From positions 4,032,001-4,096,000 of the forward strand of contig OZ245046.1 of the NCBI GenBank assembly GCA_965224245.1: a stretch of DNA of 64,000 bases, written 5' to 3'. The translations under genes were made by a program, and so were the position numbers. The stretch's first letter is position 1. Each line of letters starts with the position of its first letter. This stretch comes from Candidatus Eiseniibacteriota bacterium (GTDB taxonomy: Bacteria > Eisenbacteria > RBG-16-71-46 > CAZAMP01). A model generated the notes under the pieces. It had not been told where the DNA came from. It searched no databases and saw only the letters and a list, made by a program, of their open reading frames with translations. Positions 37,785-47,504 of the stretch are shown piece after piece.

Positions 37785-40658
37785 GTGCACCGGTCCGGTC
37801 CGATCGTCCTGGGCGCGATGCTGGCGGTGGCCGCTGGTGCGCGCGCGGAGTGGTCGGACGCGTTCCGCGCGCCCGGGATCACCTCGACCGTCCTGTCCGT
37901 GTATCGATACGGGGGCGACCTCCTCGCCGGCGGCCCACACGACGACCTCGACGAGTCCATCCTCCGCTTCGACGGCGACGAGTGGCATCCGATGGGATCG
38001 GGGCTTCAGTGGTTCGGCGACCTCTTCTCCGACCCCGGCGTCTACACGATGACGACGTTCCAGGGAGAGCTGGTCGTCGGGGGACTGTTCCAGTACTCCG
38101 GCCTGCGCGCGGTCGAGGGCATGGCCCGCTGGGATGGCTCGGACTGGCAGCCGCTGCCCTACGGTCCGGGGTTCGTACGCGGTCTGGTCGAGTTCGAGGG
38201 AGAGCTCGTGATGGCCGGCGGATTCGCCTCGCTCGGTGGCGTCGAGTACCCGGCGGTGGTCACGTGGAACGGGACCGACTACACCCCGCTCGGGGACTGG
38301 GATAGCGGAGCGTGGACCGAGGCACTGGCGGTCTACCACGACGAGCTCTACGTGATCGGCATCCTCTGCACGGACCCGGCGTGCGCACCCGAGGGAATCG
38401 TCAGCCGCTGGACGGGATCGGGCTGGGAGGAGATCGGGACCGGATTCTACTCGTGGGCCACCGAGGCGATCGTGTTCGACGACCGGCTGATCGTCGCGGG
38501 GTACTTCGACGACATCAACGGTGTGCCCGCGGGCAACATCGCCGCGTGGGACGGAGAGACGTGGGACACGCTCGTGGGCGGAGTCAGCCGCGGCGGCGAA
38601 ATCGCCCAGGTCCAAGCGCTCGGGAGCTTCGGCGGCGAGCTTCTGGTCTCCGGCGTGTTTTCGCAGGCGGGTTCGACCCCGGCCACGAACGTCGCGCGCT
38701 GGACCGGCACCGAGTGGCTGGCGGTCGAGGGTGACATGAGCGGCTACGGCTTCGCCCTCTTCACCGAGCCCGACGCCATTCACATCGGAGGATTCTTCTC
38801 CGAGATCGGTGGCACAGGCGCGTGGAACGTGGCCTCGTTCGACGGCTCCGCGTGGTCGCCGTGGCGAGGCGGCAATGGCGTCGCCGGCACCGTCGGGGCG
38901 ATGACCGTCTGGGACGGTGACCTCGTGGCGGCCGGCGCGTTCGATCCCGCCGGCACGAGCGGCGCGAGGTACGTGGCCCGCTACGACGGCACCGGCTGGC
39001 TCCCCGTGGGCAGCGCCCCTCCTCGCGACGTCCGCGACCTCGAGGTCTTCGACGGCGACCTCATCGCCGCCTACGGCCAGTCGGCGGCCGACTCACCGCA
39101 CGTGCTCAGGTTCGACGGATCTGACTGGGTGTCGCTGGGTGATGGTGCCGGCTTCGTGGGTGGCGCCGGTCTCGCGCTGGAAACGTTCGACGGCGAACTG
39201 TACCTCGGCGGCGAGTTCCTGGCGTACGACGAGACCTCTCTCAGATACCTGGCGCGCTGGAACGGAACGACGTGGTCCTCGGTCGGGGAGCCGTCAGCGC
39301 GCGTCCGGGATCTCGTTCGCTGGAACGGCCTCCTCGTCGCCGGGGGAGACTTCACGTCTGTCGGCGGCCTCGCCGCCGGCCAGGTCGCGACCTGGAACGG
39401 AGACACGTGGTCCACGCTCGGCTTCGGCCCCGGTGGCCACGTCGTCGCGTTGACCGTGCACGACGGCGAGCTCGTGGCCGCGGGCGAGTTCGGTGCGCAC
39501 CGGGTCTCGCGCTGGAACGGACTCACCTGGAACGCCGTTCCCGGGACCTTCGATCGCGAGCTCGCGGCCATCCGCGCGATCGGCGACGAGCTCTTCGTCG
39601 GCGGGCGGTTCGCCGAGGTGGACGGCCAGCCGATCGCCGGGGTGGCACGCTGGAACGGATCGAGCTGGGAGTCCGTGGGAGGCAGCCTGACCGGTGGCGT
39701 CGGTCGCGCCTACGATCTCGAGTCGGCACACGGCGGCCTGTACGTGGGCGGATCGTTCACGTCGGTCGGAGGCGTGGAGGCGAACGACATCGCCCGGTGG
39801 GACGAGGCATTCGTGGCGGTCGACACCGACCCGCCGGCGGGGCCCGCGCTCATCCTCCCGAACCCGATCGGCGCGTCCGACCCGATTCGGGTCGGGGGTA
39901 CCGGCGAGCGCCCGGCCCTCGTCTCAGCATACGACGTGCGCGGACGGCGCCTGGGATCGGCACGCGTGTCGAGCGACGAGACGACGCTGGCCCGGATCGT
40001 CGGCTCGTCTCCGCCGCTTCCGGGGGCCGGCATCGTGTTCATCCGCGTCGAGACGCAATCGGGGGTTCGACAGCCCGGAGCTGGTACCGCCCGTGACCAC
40101 GGGGCCGACCGAAGCCGCGATTGCTCCGCGAGCAAGTGCCGCAACGCCAAAATCGACATGTACCTGGGAACAGGTTCGAGACGAACGCGGCCGACATCCT
40201 TGGCCGCCACGCCGACCGACCCCGGCACGCCCTGGCGCTCCCCTGATGTCGCATCACTCGATCGCCTCGACGAGCGGTGTCGCATCCGGCGGACCATCGG
40301 CGAACCACACCCGGGTATCGCCGGCGGCCCCGAACGCGACCACCAGCGAGGAGCGGGTGCCGAACACCATCTCCGGCCAGTGGACGCAGAGCGCCGCGGC
40401 GGGGGTCTCCTCCGGCGGCGCGGGACGGGAGAGAAGCGACTGCAGCGCATCGATCATCCCGGCCGGATCCGATTCCCCCGTCCACCGGGCCGCGACGTCG
40501 TCGATGGCAGCGCGGTGAGATCTCTGGCGCGGCGAGCGGTCGGTGTTGAGGCCGCTGGCCGTCCACACCGCGGTGCGGTCGGAGATCGGCTCCACGAGCG
40601 TCGGCTCGTCGCCGCCCAGCGCGTGCGCGACGCCGCGACCCGACGCGATCACCGATAG
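37785..40658 (+). CDS. Secreted beta-propeller repeat protein (WxGxxW repeats) with T9SS/FlgD-like tail; true end probably about 40096, frameshifted
   Basis: GAGGAGG RBS and signal peptide. About 14 'L..GG.F.....ARW(N/D)G..W' repeats, then 'PNP...YDVRGRRL...GIVFIRV'. The ORF tail runs 405 bp into the convergent gene. Confidence 0.8.
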   Translation: MHRSGPIVLGAMLAVAAGARAEWSDAFRAPGITSTVLSVYRYGGDLLAGGPHDDLDESILRFDGDEWHPMGSGLQWFGDLFSDPGVYTMTTFQGELVVGGLFQYSGLRAVEGMARWDGSDWQPLPYGPGFVRGLVEFEGELVMAGGFASLGGVEYPAVVTWNGTDYTPLGDWDSGAWTEALAVYHDELYVIGILCTDPACAPEGIVSRWTGSGWEEIGTGFYSWATEAIVFDDRLIVAGYFDDINGVPAGNIAAWDGETWDTLVGGVSRGGEIAQVQALGSFGGELLVSGVFSQAGSTPATNVARWTGTEWLAVEGDMSGYGFALFTEPDAIHIGGFFSEIGGTGAWNVASFDGSAWSPWRGGNGVAGTVGAMTVWDGDLVAAGAFDPAGTSGARYVARYDGTGWLPVGSAPPRDVRDLEVFDGDLIAAYGQSAADSPHVLRFDGSDWVSLGDGAGFVGGAGLALETFDGELYLGGEFLAYDETSLRYLARWNGTTWSSVGEPSARVRDLVRWNGLLVAGGDFTSVGGLAAGQVATWNGDTWSTLGFGPGGHVVALTVHDGELVAAGEFGAHRVSRWNGLTWNAVPGTFDRELAAIRAIGDELFVGGRFAEVDGQPIAGVARWNGSSWESVGGSLTGGVGRAYDLESAHGGLYVGGSFTSVGGVEANDIARWDEAFVAVDTDPPAGPALILPNPIGASDPIRVGGTGERPALVSAYDVRGRRLGSARVSSDETTLARIVGSSPPLPGAGIVFIRVETQSGVRQPGAGTARDHGADRSRDCSASKCRNAKIDMYLGTGSRRTRPTSLAATPTDPGTPWRSPDVASLDRLDERCRIRRTIGEPHPGIAGGPERDHQRGAGAEHHLRPVDAERRGGGLLRRRGTGEKRLQRIDHPGRIRFPRPPGRDVVDGSAVRSLARRAVGVEAAGRPHRGAVGDRLHERRLVAAQRVRDAATRRDHR

Positions 40659-40997
40659 AAACGGACGGTAGGTCCCCGCCGCGATGCGCGAGGCGTCGGC
40701 CTCGGCCGCCCCGGCGTCGCCCGCCTCGAGAAGGTCGAGTGCCAGAAGCCCACGCGACCGCTTCCCCGGAGCCGGTCCCAGCGATCGCTCCCGGTTCAGA
40801 AGCAGCACCGCGAATCCGCGATCGTGCACGCCGGCCCAGGTGCCGCCGCCGGAGACGTCGAGGCCGCCCCGCCAGGGCTTGCCGGGCCAGTGGCGACCGA
40901 GCGCTCGGGCCTCTCGGTCGAGCCGCTCGTCGCGGTTGGCGGCGAGGAGGACCGGCCAGGCCGCGCCGGGACGCTGGAGGGCGATGAGGGTGCACAT
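40254..40997 (-). CDS. NRDE/TANGO2 family protein
   Basis: 'MCTL...LAANRDE', 'GGTWAG', 'SRGLL', 'FGTRSS'. Confidence 0.9.
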   Translation of the reverse strand: MCTLIALQRPGAAWPVLLAANRDERLDREARALGRHWPGKPWRGGLDVSGGGTWAGVHDRGFAVLLLNRERSLGPAPGKRSRGLLALDLLEAGDAGAAEADASRIAAGTYRPFLSVIASGRGVAHALGGDEPTLVEPISDRTAVWTASGLNTDRSPRQRSHRAAIDDVAARWTGESDPAGMIDALQSLLSRPAPPEETPAAALCVHWPEMVFGTRSSLVVAFGAAGDTRVWFADGPPDATPLVEAIE

Positions 40998-41080
40998 GGC
41001 CGGAAAGGGTATCCGGTGGGCGCGGATGTGTCATCCACGCCCCGTCGAGTGGTGGCTGCTGTGGCCGCGCCGGCCGTGTC

Positions 41081-41677
41081 CTAGTCGATCCTCGCGTCGG
41101 CGGCCAGCGCCCCCTCCGCGCGTCGCCGTGGATCGGCGTCCGCGAACAGGCGCTGCATCGCCGACTGCTCCAGCGGCAGGCGATGGAGCAAGAGATCCGC
41201 GAGCTGGCCGAGGCTCAGATCGTCCGGTAGCTCGAGGTTCTGATCGATGCGACGCTGGATCGCCTCGACGAGGCGTGTCTCGAGCTCGGTCGTGTCGCCC
41301 GAGAGCCGCTCACCGCCGGGGGGCTCGGCCTCCTCGATCACGTCGACGGCGGCCATCCGGTAGAGCCGATCGGATGACACCTCACGGATGCGCACACGCG
41401 CGATGCCGGCGAGCACGATCACGTAGCGCCCGTCGTCCAGCTCCCGGTGCTGGACGATCTCGCCCAGACCGCCGACCTCGAACACCGGGGGCGAGCCCAG
41501 CGACTCGGATTCGTATCCCTCGGCAATCGCGGCCATCACGATGCGGCCCTGACCGTCGAGGATGTCGGTCACCATCTGACGGTAGCGCTCCTCGAAGATG
41601 TGGAGCGGGACCGCCGTTCCCGGGAACAGAAAGAAGTTCGGGAGCGGAAACATCGGGAACGTGGGAGAAGCGGGCAT
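41081..41677 (-). CDS. Stand-alone Lon protease N-terminal substrate-binding domain protein
   Basis: 'PMFPLP..LFPG..PLHIFEERYRQMV', 'DGRY...GIARVRI'. Confidence 0.9.
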   Translation of the reverse strand: MPASPTFPMFPLPNFFLFPGTAVPLHIFEERYRQMVTDILDGQGRIVMAAIAEGYESESLGSPPVFEVGGLGEIVQHRELDDGRYVIVLAGIARVRIREVSSDRLYRMAAVDVIEEAEPPGGERLSGDTTELETRLVEAIQRRIDQNLELPDDLSLGQLADLLLHRLPLEQSAMQRLFADADPRRRAEGALAADARID

Positions 41678-41797
41678 CGAACGATCCGGATGATGGTGAA
41701 CCGTCGCACGCCGGATCGGCGCACGGCGTCACTCTAACATGGATCGATCGCTCGGTTCGCGATGGCACGAGACGGAGGCGCGTGCGGACGGAATCGA

Positions 41798-44392
41798 TCA
41801 GTCCTCGCGTGCCGCGAGCATGTCGGGCGCATCGGATTCCCGAACGACGTGGAACGTGCCGCCACCCGGGGATCGGAACGTGAGGAGCGACGCGTCGTCC
41901 ACGACGCCGGTCGCCTCGAACCCCGAGTCCGTTTCGGTGATGCGGTACGTGCCCGGCGCCAGGTCCGCGACGTGGTGGAGCACCGGCTCGTCGTGGCGGA
42001 AGCCGTAGATGGCCTCGGTGTCGACGTCCTCGTCGCGGCCGAACACGTTCACGCGACCGTTGCCCGGATGGCGGATGACGCATCCGACGCGGGCCTCGTC
42101 CACGTCGTCGAGGTACTCGACCGGGATCGCCACGGTCTGGTCGCGCCCGGTGAGCTCGTACACGTGAAGGAACGTGTGCTCCTTCCGACCCGTGGCCTCG
42201 ATCTCCATCCGCCAGAACCCCATGATGCCGAGCTCGATCAGCTCCTCTTCCTCGCCGGCGGTGATGTAGTCGTCGCGCCAGACCGCGTTCTCGCCCATCT
42301 CGCGGAGGTAGAACTCGGCGCTTCCGGCGGTGTTCCAGTTGCCCGACGCGTCGGCGCCGCCGACGCGAACCAGCTTGCGACCCGGACCCCCGGCGCTCGC
42401 CGGCTTCGGGTAGAGGACGGTCGCGAATGCGCGGGAGTCGCCCTTCGTCCACATGTACCGGACGCCGTTGTCGGTCGACTGGCCGTGGGTGCCCCCGAAC
42501 TCACCGGGATGCGTGGCCTCGCCGCCGTTCCACGTGCCGTCGAGAAGCGTGTAGCCGGCCTTCGACGGGCAGTGCATGACCACGCGCTTCGTCGCCGAGG
42601 GATTGACGCTCGTCACCCGATCACACAGGACGACGTAGCGCCCCACCTGGAACAGGATCTGGCGGGTGACGTTCTCGGCGGTCTGCCCCGCGGGCCAGAG
42701 ATCGGCCTTCCGGGTGTTGGGATAGGCCGTCGTGATGTCGGCGTAGAGGTAGACGTCGTAGCCGTCAGTGTTACGGAATCGCTCCACGAACCCGAACTCG
42801 TGCTCGCGGTCGTATGCGTCCTCGGCGGTGTAGATGCCGGCGCCGCCGGTCGTGCCGGGAGCCGGCGCTTGCATTCCCTCGCGCTGGTTGTCCGCGTAGT
42901 CCTCGTCGGTGATGTACGGGTTGTCGGGGTCCACGATCAGGATCGTGTTCTCGGAGATCGGCTGCGAGCCGTAGATCTGCGTGTGACGGAAGTTGGTGCC
43001 GTCGTAAACGCCGGTCGACGCGGTCAGGATGTCCTGTCCGCGGAAGAGCGCGAGATGTCCGTTCGAGTGGAGATCGTGCCCCATGCCCTTCGGACCGCAC
43101 AGGAACGAGCCGTGAACGGTCGACTGATCACCGGTCGAGAACGCCCACGAGCTCCGGAAGTGCGCATACTGGGAGTTGTACCCGTCGAGAGGAGTGAGAT
43201 CGCCGAAGTAGCGCCCCAGCGGCACCGTGTCGTGCGTGGGCTGCGCGCGCGCGAGGGACTTGTCGTTGTAGTAGATCAGGAACCACGGGATCGGGATGTC
43301 ACCCACCTCTTCCGACGCGCGATCCAGGAACCACAGCGTGTTGGGATCCCGATCCATCACCGCGCCGGGATATGCGAACCAGACGAACGTCCCGTGAAGG
43401 TGATCCATGTCGTGGCTGTCGCCGGTCTCGTCGGACTCGTAGAAGTTGGGGCGGGTCATGTACATGACCCAGTCGTCCATGTTCCGGAAGTGGTAGCCGT
43501 ACGTGACCAGCGGATCCTCGTCCAGGATCGCCGTGCGCCAGGCCAGCGCGGAGCTCGTGTCCTCCTCGGGACGCTCCCAGCGATACCCGGAGTACGTGCC
43601 GCAGAAGTTGTGCGCCCGCGCCTCCATGTCGAGCTTCTTGTACGCGTGCGCGTATGCGATCCGGGTGTCGACGAGGGCGTGATCGAGCCCCTGCGTTCCG
43701 CGGACGGCCACCAGCGTGTTGAAGAGGCTGTCGCAGACCCACGGCTGCTTGTAGTAGTGCGGCCACGTCGACGGCGGGTACTCGGAGTCGCCGTGAAGAT
43801 ACGTCCACGCCTCCTCCACGTTGGCGATCAGCCACTGCGCGATCTCGTTGCGGAGCGTCGGATTGGTCGACGAGAGCTCGTCGTACAGATGGTCGAACGC
43901 CATCACGTAGCCGCGCCAGTTGGCGTTGCGTCCGAAGAGGTTGAAGTCGATCGACGGCCCGATGCTCCCGCCGTTCCGGTTGCGGGCGTACTGGACGGCC
44001 GCCTCCCACCACGTGACGATCGTGTTGCGATACGCCGCGCCCTCCGCCCGGTGGGCGTTCAGGAGGTACGCTGCGGCCAGGTTGCTGAATCCGACCGAGT
44101 ACGCCTTGATCGCGTTCTTTGACCAGTTCGCCGCGTCCGCATCGGGAACGTCGTCGGGGCCGTACCCGTCGGCCAGCGCGACGAGCCGTGCGTACTCGTC
44201 GGCGTGGCTGCCCCACTCGGCGGCGAACTCGGCCTGGTTCGTGCCGTCGACGATCGCGCACCGTGCGCGCAGGCGCGGCAGGTCGGCGTCGGTGACGAAC
44301 ATGCGCGGATGCTGCGCAGAGACCTCGAACGCGCCTGATGATTGGGGTGCGGCGAGGGCCGCCAGGGCCAGAAGGGCGATCAACCGTCTCAT
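41798..44392 (-). CDS. Secreted heparinase II/III-like polysaccharide lyase
   Basis: Signal 'MRRLIALLALAALAAP', 'HPRMFV', 'RSSW', 'GHDLHSNGHLALFRG..LTASTGVY', 'NTILIVDP', 'DITTAY', 'DRV'. Confidence 0.7.
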   Translation of the reverse strand: MRRLIALLALAALAAPQSSGAFEVSAQHPRMFVTDADLPRLRARCAIVDGTNQAEFAAEWGSHADEYARLVALADGYGPDDVPDADAANWSKNAIKAYSVGFSNLAAAYLLNAHRAEGAAYRNTIVTWWEAAVQYARNRNGGSIGPSIDFNLFGRNANWRGYVMAFDHLYDELSSTNPTLRNEIAQWLIANVEEAWTYLHGDSEYPPSTWPHYYKQPWVCDSLFNTLVAVRGTQGLDHALVDTRIAYAHAYKKLDMEARAHNFCGTYSGYRWERPEEDTSSALAWRTAILDEDPLVTYGYHFRNMDDWVMYMTRPNFYESDETGDSHDMDHLHGTFVWFAYPGAVMDRDPNTLWFLDRASEEVGDIPIPWFLIYYNDKSLARAQPTHDTVPLGRYFGDLTPLDGYNSQYAHFRSSWAFSTGDQSTVHGSFLCGPKGMGHDLHSNGHLALFRGQDILTASTGVYDGTNFRHTQIYGSQPISENTILIVDPDNPYITDEDYADNQREGMQAPAPGTTGGAGIYTAEDAYDREHEFGFVERFRNTDGYDVYLYADITTAYPNTRKADLWPAGQTAENVTRQILFQVGRYVVLCDRVTSVNPSATKRVVMHCPSKAGYTLLDGTWNGGEATHPGEFGGTHGQSTDNGVRYMWTKGDSRAFATVLYPKPASAGGPGRKLVRVGGADASGNWNTAGSAEFYLREMGENAVWRDDYITAGEEEELIELGIMGFWRMEIEATGRKEHTFLHVYELTGRDQTVAIPVEYLDDVDEARVGCVIRHPGNGRVNVFGRDEDVDTEAIYGFRHDEPVLHHVADLAPGTYRITETDSGFEATGVVDDASLLTFRSPGGGTFHVVRESDAPDMLAARED

Positions 44393-44641
44393 CGTGGGTC
44401 CTCGGTGGTGCCCGCGGTCGACCGCCGGGGCTCGTGGTGCGGTGAAGTCTCGGTTCGACCGCGGATGCAAGACGCAAGCGCCCTGGCACACTCCAACCCG
44501 GGGGCGGCAATCGGGTTCACTCTGGTTTCAACATTCGTCGTCAAACGTCCACCAGCAGAATCGATGCCTCGTAGCCGGCCGAGGCCAGCCGCCCCGCAAG
44601 ACGGGATCGCCGGTCATCGAACGACGATCGGACGAGATCGA

Positions 44642-46210
44642 TCACGGCGACCGGCGGCGCGGCTGGTGCTCGGGTCGCAAGAGATCCAGGATCGTCTTCA
44701 CCGGCGCGAACGTCTCGATCGGAACCTCCACGAATACCGTGTTCCAGCGAGCCATCGACCCGTTCCAGAGTCCGGGCCGCTCCAGGGCGACGAGGTCTCG
44801 TCCCCCGTGCGACTTCGTGGAGACGAACACCGCGCGGGGCTCGACGAACGCGTCCAGCCGCCGCGGCCGGCCATCGCGTGCGCGCAGCACGCACACCAGG
44901 TCCACCGGATTGAAGTGGGTGGCCGCGCGCACGATCGCGTCCTGGTCGGGATCGGTCCGGTCCACCTGCGAGGTCTCGACGATCTGGAGCGTGCAGCGTC
45001 CGTCGGGCTCGCGGACCCAGAACGGTCCCCCGCCGGGCTCGCCGTCGTTGCGGACGACTCCGGCCACGCGGATCGGGCGGTCGAGCTCGTCGATCAGCGC
45101 GCGGCGAGCGGCGGCCGGGTCGGCCGGAAGCACGCCGGGAGCCACGTCGTCGCCGCGCGCGAGCTCGTCGCGGAGAAGCGCCGACGCGCGGTCGATCGCT
45201 CCCTCGGCCCCGGCCTCCAGATCCGCGAGGCACCGGTTCACGTCGGCCTCGAGCCTCGCGGCAAGGCCGATCAGCACGCGCTTCCAGTGCGTCACGAGCG
45301 GCTTCCGGTCGTCGGGGAGGATGTTGTCGATGTTCTTGACCACGACGACGTCACCGCCGGTGCGCTCGAGGTTCGACAGGAGCGCACCGTGTCCGCCCGG
45401 GCGGAAGTGGGGCGATCCATCGACCTCGCGCACGATGGCGCCGGTCCCGTCCACGGCGATCGTGTCGGTGGAGCTGGACTGATGCGAGAACGTCACGTCG
45501 AACCCGGTGTCCACCGCGTCGCGGAGCCGGGGCGCCACCGACTCGAACGTGCGGCGGAACGCGTGCTCGTGCTCGGGAGAGACCGTCACGTGAAGCCGAC
45601 AGCGCCCGGCGCGATCGCGCGCGTAGCCGACGGCCTCCCAGAGCTGCTCCTCGAACGCGGTCCGGACCGCATCGCCGTAGTCGTGGAACGACAGGAGCCC
45701 CTTCGGGCGGGATGCGGCGTCGAACCCGTCGCGTGACAGGAGAAGCCGGAGGTACTCCCCCGCGTGCGCGTCGGTCAGGGCGTCGGGGTCGAGCCCGACG
45801 CTCCGGAGGACCGCCGACATCTCACGGCGGATCGGTAGGCGATCGCGCTCGGTCCACAGGCGAACGAACGCGGCGGCGTCCGGGTCGTCGCCGGTGGCCA
45901 GACGCCGGGCCTCGTCGACTCCGTCGAGGCCGCGATCGCGCGCGGCGAGGAGGCGCTTGAACATGCGCGTGGCCGCGCCGGAGGCCGGCACGAACTTCCC
46001 GACGCGCCCGGCCGACGCGACGTCCTCGCCCCCGGCGGCCAGCGCGATCTGCGCGTCGTCGTCGAGACGCCGGATACCGTCGCCGGGGGTGCAGGGACGA
46101 TCCAGGCACGTGGGTGGCGGCGGCTCGCGAAGCAGCCGGAGCTGCCGCTCGGCCTCCTCGAGGGTGAGACCGTGCGCCTCGATCGCGCGCCGGTCGGACT
46201 CGTCGAACAT
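44642..46210 (-). CDS. DUF4301 family protein
   Basis: 'KFVPASGAATRMFK', 'FRPGGHGALL', 'KNIDN', 'GEPGGGPFW', 'THFNPVDL', 'LWNGSMA.WNT.FVEVP'. Confidence 0.92.
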   Translation of the reverse strand: MFDESDRRAIEAHGLTLEEAERQLRLLREPPPPTCLDRPCTPGDGIRRLDDDAQIALAAGGEDVASAGRVGKFVPASGAATRMFKRLLAARDRGLDGVDEARRLATGDDPDAAAFVRLWTERDRLPIRREMSAVLRSVGLDPDALTDAHAGEYLRLLLSRDGFDAASRPKGLLSFHDYGDAVRTAFEEQLWEAVGYARDRAGRCRLHVTVSPEHEHAFRRTFESVAPRLRDAVDTGFDVTFSHQSSSTDTIAVDGTGAIVREVDGSPHFRPGGHGALLSNLERTGGDVVVVKNIDNILPDDRKPLVTHWKRVLIGLAARLEADVNRCLADLEAGAEGAIDRASALLRDELARGDDVAPGVLPADPAAARRALIDELDRPIRVAGVVRNDGEPGGGPFWVREPDGRCTLQIVETSQVDRTDPDQDAIVRAATHFNPVDLVCVLRARDGRPRRLDAFVEPRAVFVSTKSHGGRDLVALERPGLWNGSMARWNTVFVEVPIETFAPVKTILDLLRPEHQPRRRSP

Positions 46211-46263
46211 GTCGGTCGCTCCCTCGCCGGTGCTCGGACCCGGAGGTCATCCGGCTCGGAACA

Positions 46264-47313
46264 CTAGCGTCGTCGTGTCCGCGCCAGCAGCACGTCGAAT
46301 ACGCCCAGCATCTCGGCCTCGAAGAGCGTCCACGAGAACCGGCATCCGTCGGGCGAGTACTTCGGCTGGTGCACGTTCAGTCGCGGAACCCGATAGGGAT
46401 CGGTGTCGGCGCGACAGGGCCCTTTCTCGATCGTGAACGCCGAGTCGAAGCCCGCCTCGCGCACGGCGTCTCGAATGCGTGCGTCGAAGTCGCCGTTTGG
46501 ATACGCGAACGCCAGACTCTTCGACGCCGGACGGACGGGCGAGGTTTCGCGCCCCGTCGGTCGCGCGTCCAGCGCGGCGTTCAGCGATCGCCGGCAATCG
46601 ACGAGCTCGCGCGTGACCTCGGCGTCGGTGCACGTGGTCAGGATCGGGTGGGTCACCGTGTGGCCGCCGAGCTCGGCGCCCTCGTCGCCGAGGCGGATCG
46701 CATCGTCCCAGGACATGGCGCGCGGGATGGCGTCCGCGGCACCCCGCGCCGCGACGTCGGCCCCGAGCGCCTCGAGGGCAGCCACTCGCTCGGCGTTCGG
46801 GAGCGTCTTCAGCGATGCGATCACGGCCTCGGTCTCGTCACCGAAGGTGGCCTCACCCGACGGTGCCCGGGTCGCCGACGCGCCCTTCGCCGCGGCCACC
46901 ACGTCCCACCACATCGCGCGCTCGCCCGCCACGAACGCGGTGGTCAGGCAGAAGAGCGCGGGCACCCCGGACTCGCGGAGGATCGGCCAGGCGACCGCCG
47001 CGTTGTCCGCGTAGCCGTCGTCGAACGTGATCACGGCCCGCGGGCGGTCGGCCGGCGTGGCCGGGCGGGCCTCGGCCCACGACACCACGTCGTAGCGCCG
47101 GGTCAGGCCGCGCACGAGCGCCCGGAACGCCCCGGGCGGCACGGCCAGCGGCAGCGGAGCGGATCCGGTGCCGGCGACGCGGTGAAACAGCAGGATGGAC
47201 ACCTCGCCCCGCCGCGCGCGCCGCCGCCGGAGCCAGGCCAGCACCCCCAGCGTGCGAAACGTCCAGGCCACCGCCAGCTTCGCGAGCTGCACGATCCGAT
47301 GGGTCGTGCTCAT
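46264..47313 (-). CDS. Polysaccharide deacetylase
   Basis: 'ILLFHRV', 'ITFDDGYADN', 'GGHTVTHPIL', 'FAYPNG'. Confidence 0.9.
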   Translation of the reverse strand: MSTTHRIVQLAKLAVAWTFRTLGVLAWLRRRRARRGEVSILLFHRVAGTGSAPLPLAVPPGAFRALVRGLTRRYDVVSWAEARPATPADRPRAVITFDDGYADNAAVAWPILRESGVPALFCLTTAFVAGERAMWWDVVAAAKGASATRAPSGEATFGDETEAVIASLKTLPNAERVAALEALGADVAARGAADAIPRAMSWDDAIRLGDEGAELGGHTVTHPILTTCTDAEVTRELVDCRRSLNAALDARPTGRETSPVRPASKSLAFAYPNGDFDARIRDAVREAGFDSAFTIEKGPCRADTDPYRVPRLNVHQPKYSPDGCRFSWTLFEAEMLGVFDVLLARTRRR

Positions 47314-47504
47314 CGGCGGGCGTGTCCGGGCACGCACGACGTCGATCGCGGGGATGCATCGGCCGGCGATGGCGGCGAGATCGGTCCGCCGGCGCGGACG
47401 AGCGGTTGTCTCAAATCCCAGCCCTTCGTAGACTCCATCCGGTCGAACGGCCGCGCAGCCGCCGGCACGCCAGCGAAACCGGTGTCTCCATCGAAAGCAC
47501 GAAC

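Noticed and set aside
41762-44122. Long antisense or alternate-frame ORFs (also 12451-14838, 55442-58024, 60341-63127 and many others)
   Set aside because: Expected in high-GC DNA opposite real genes; no motifs and biased composition.
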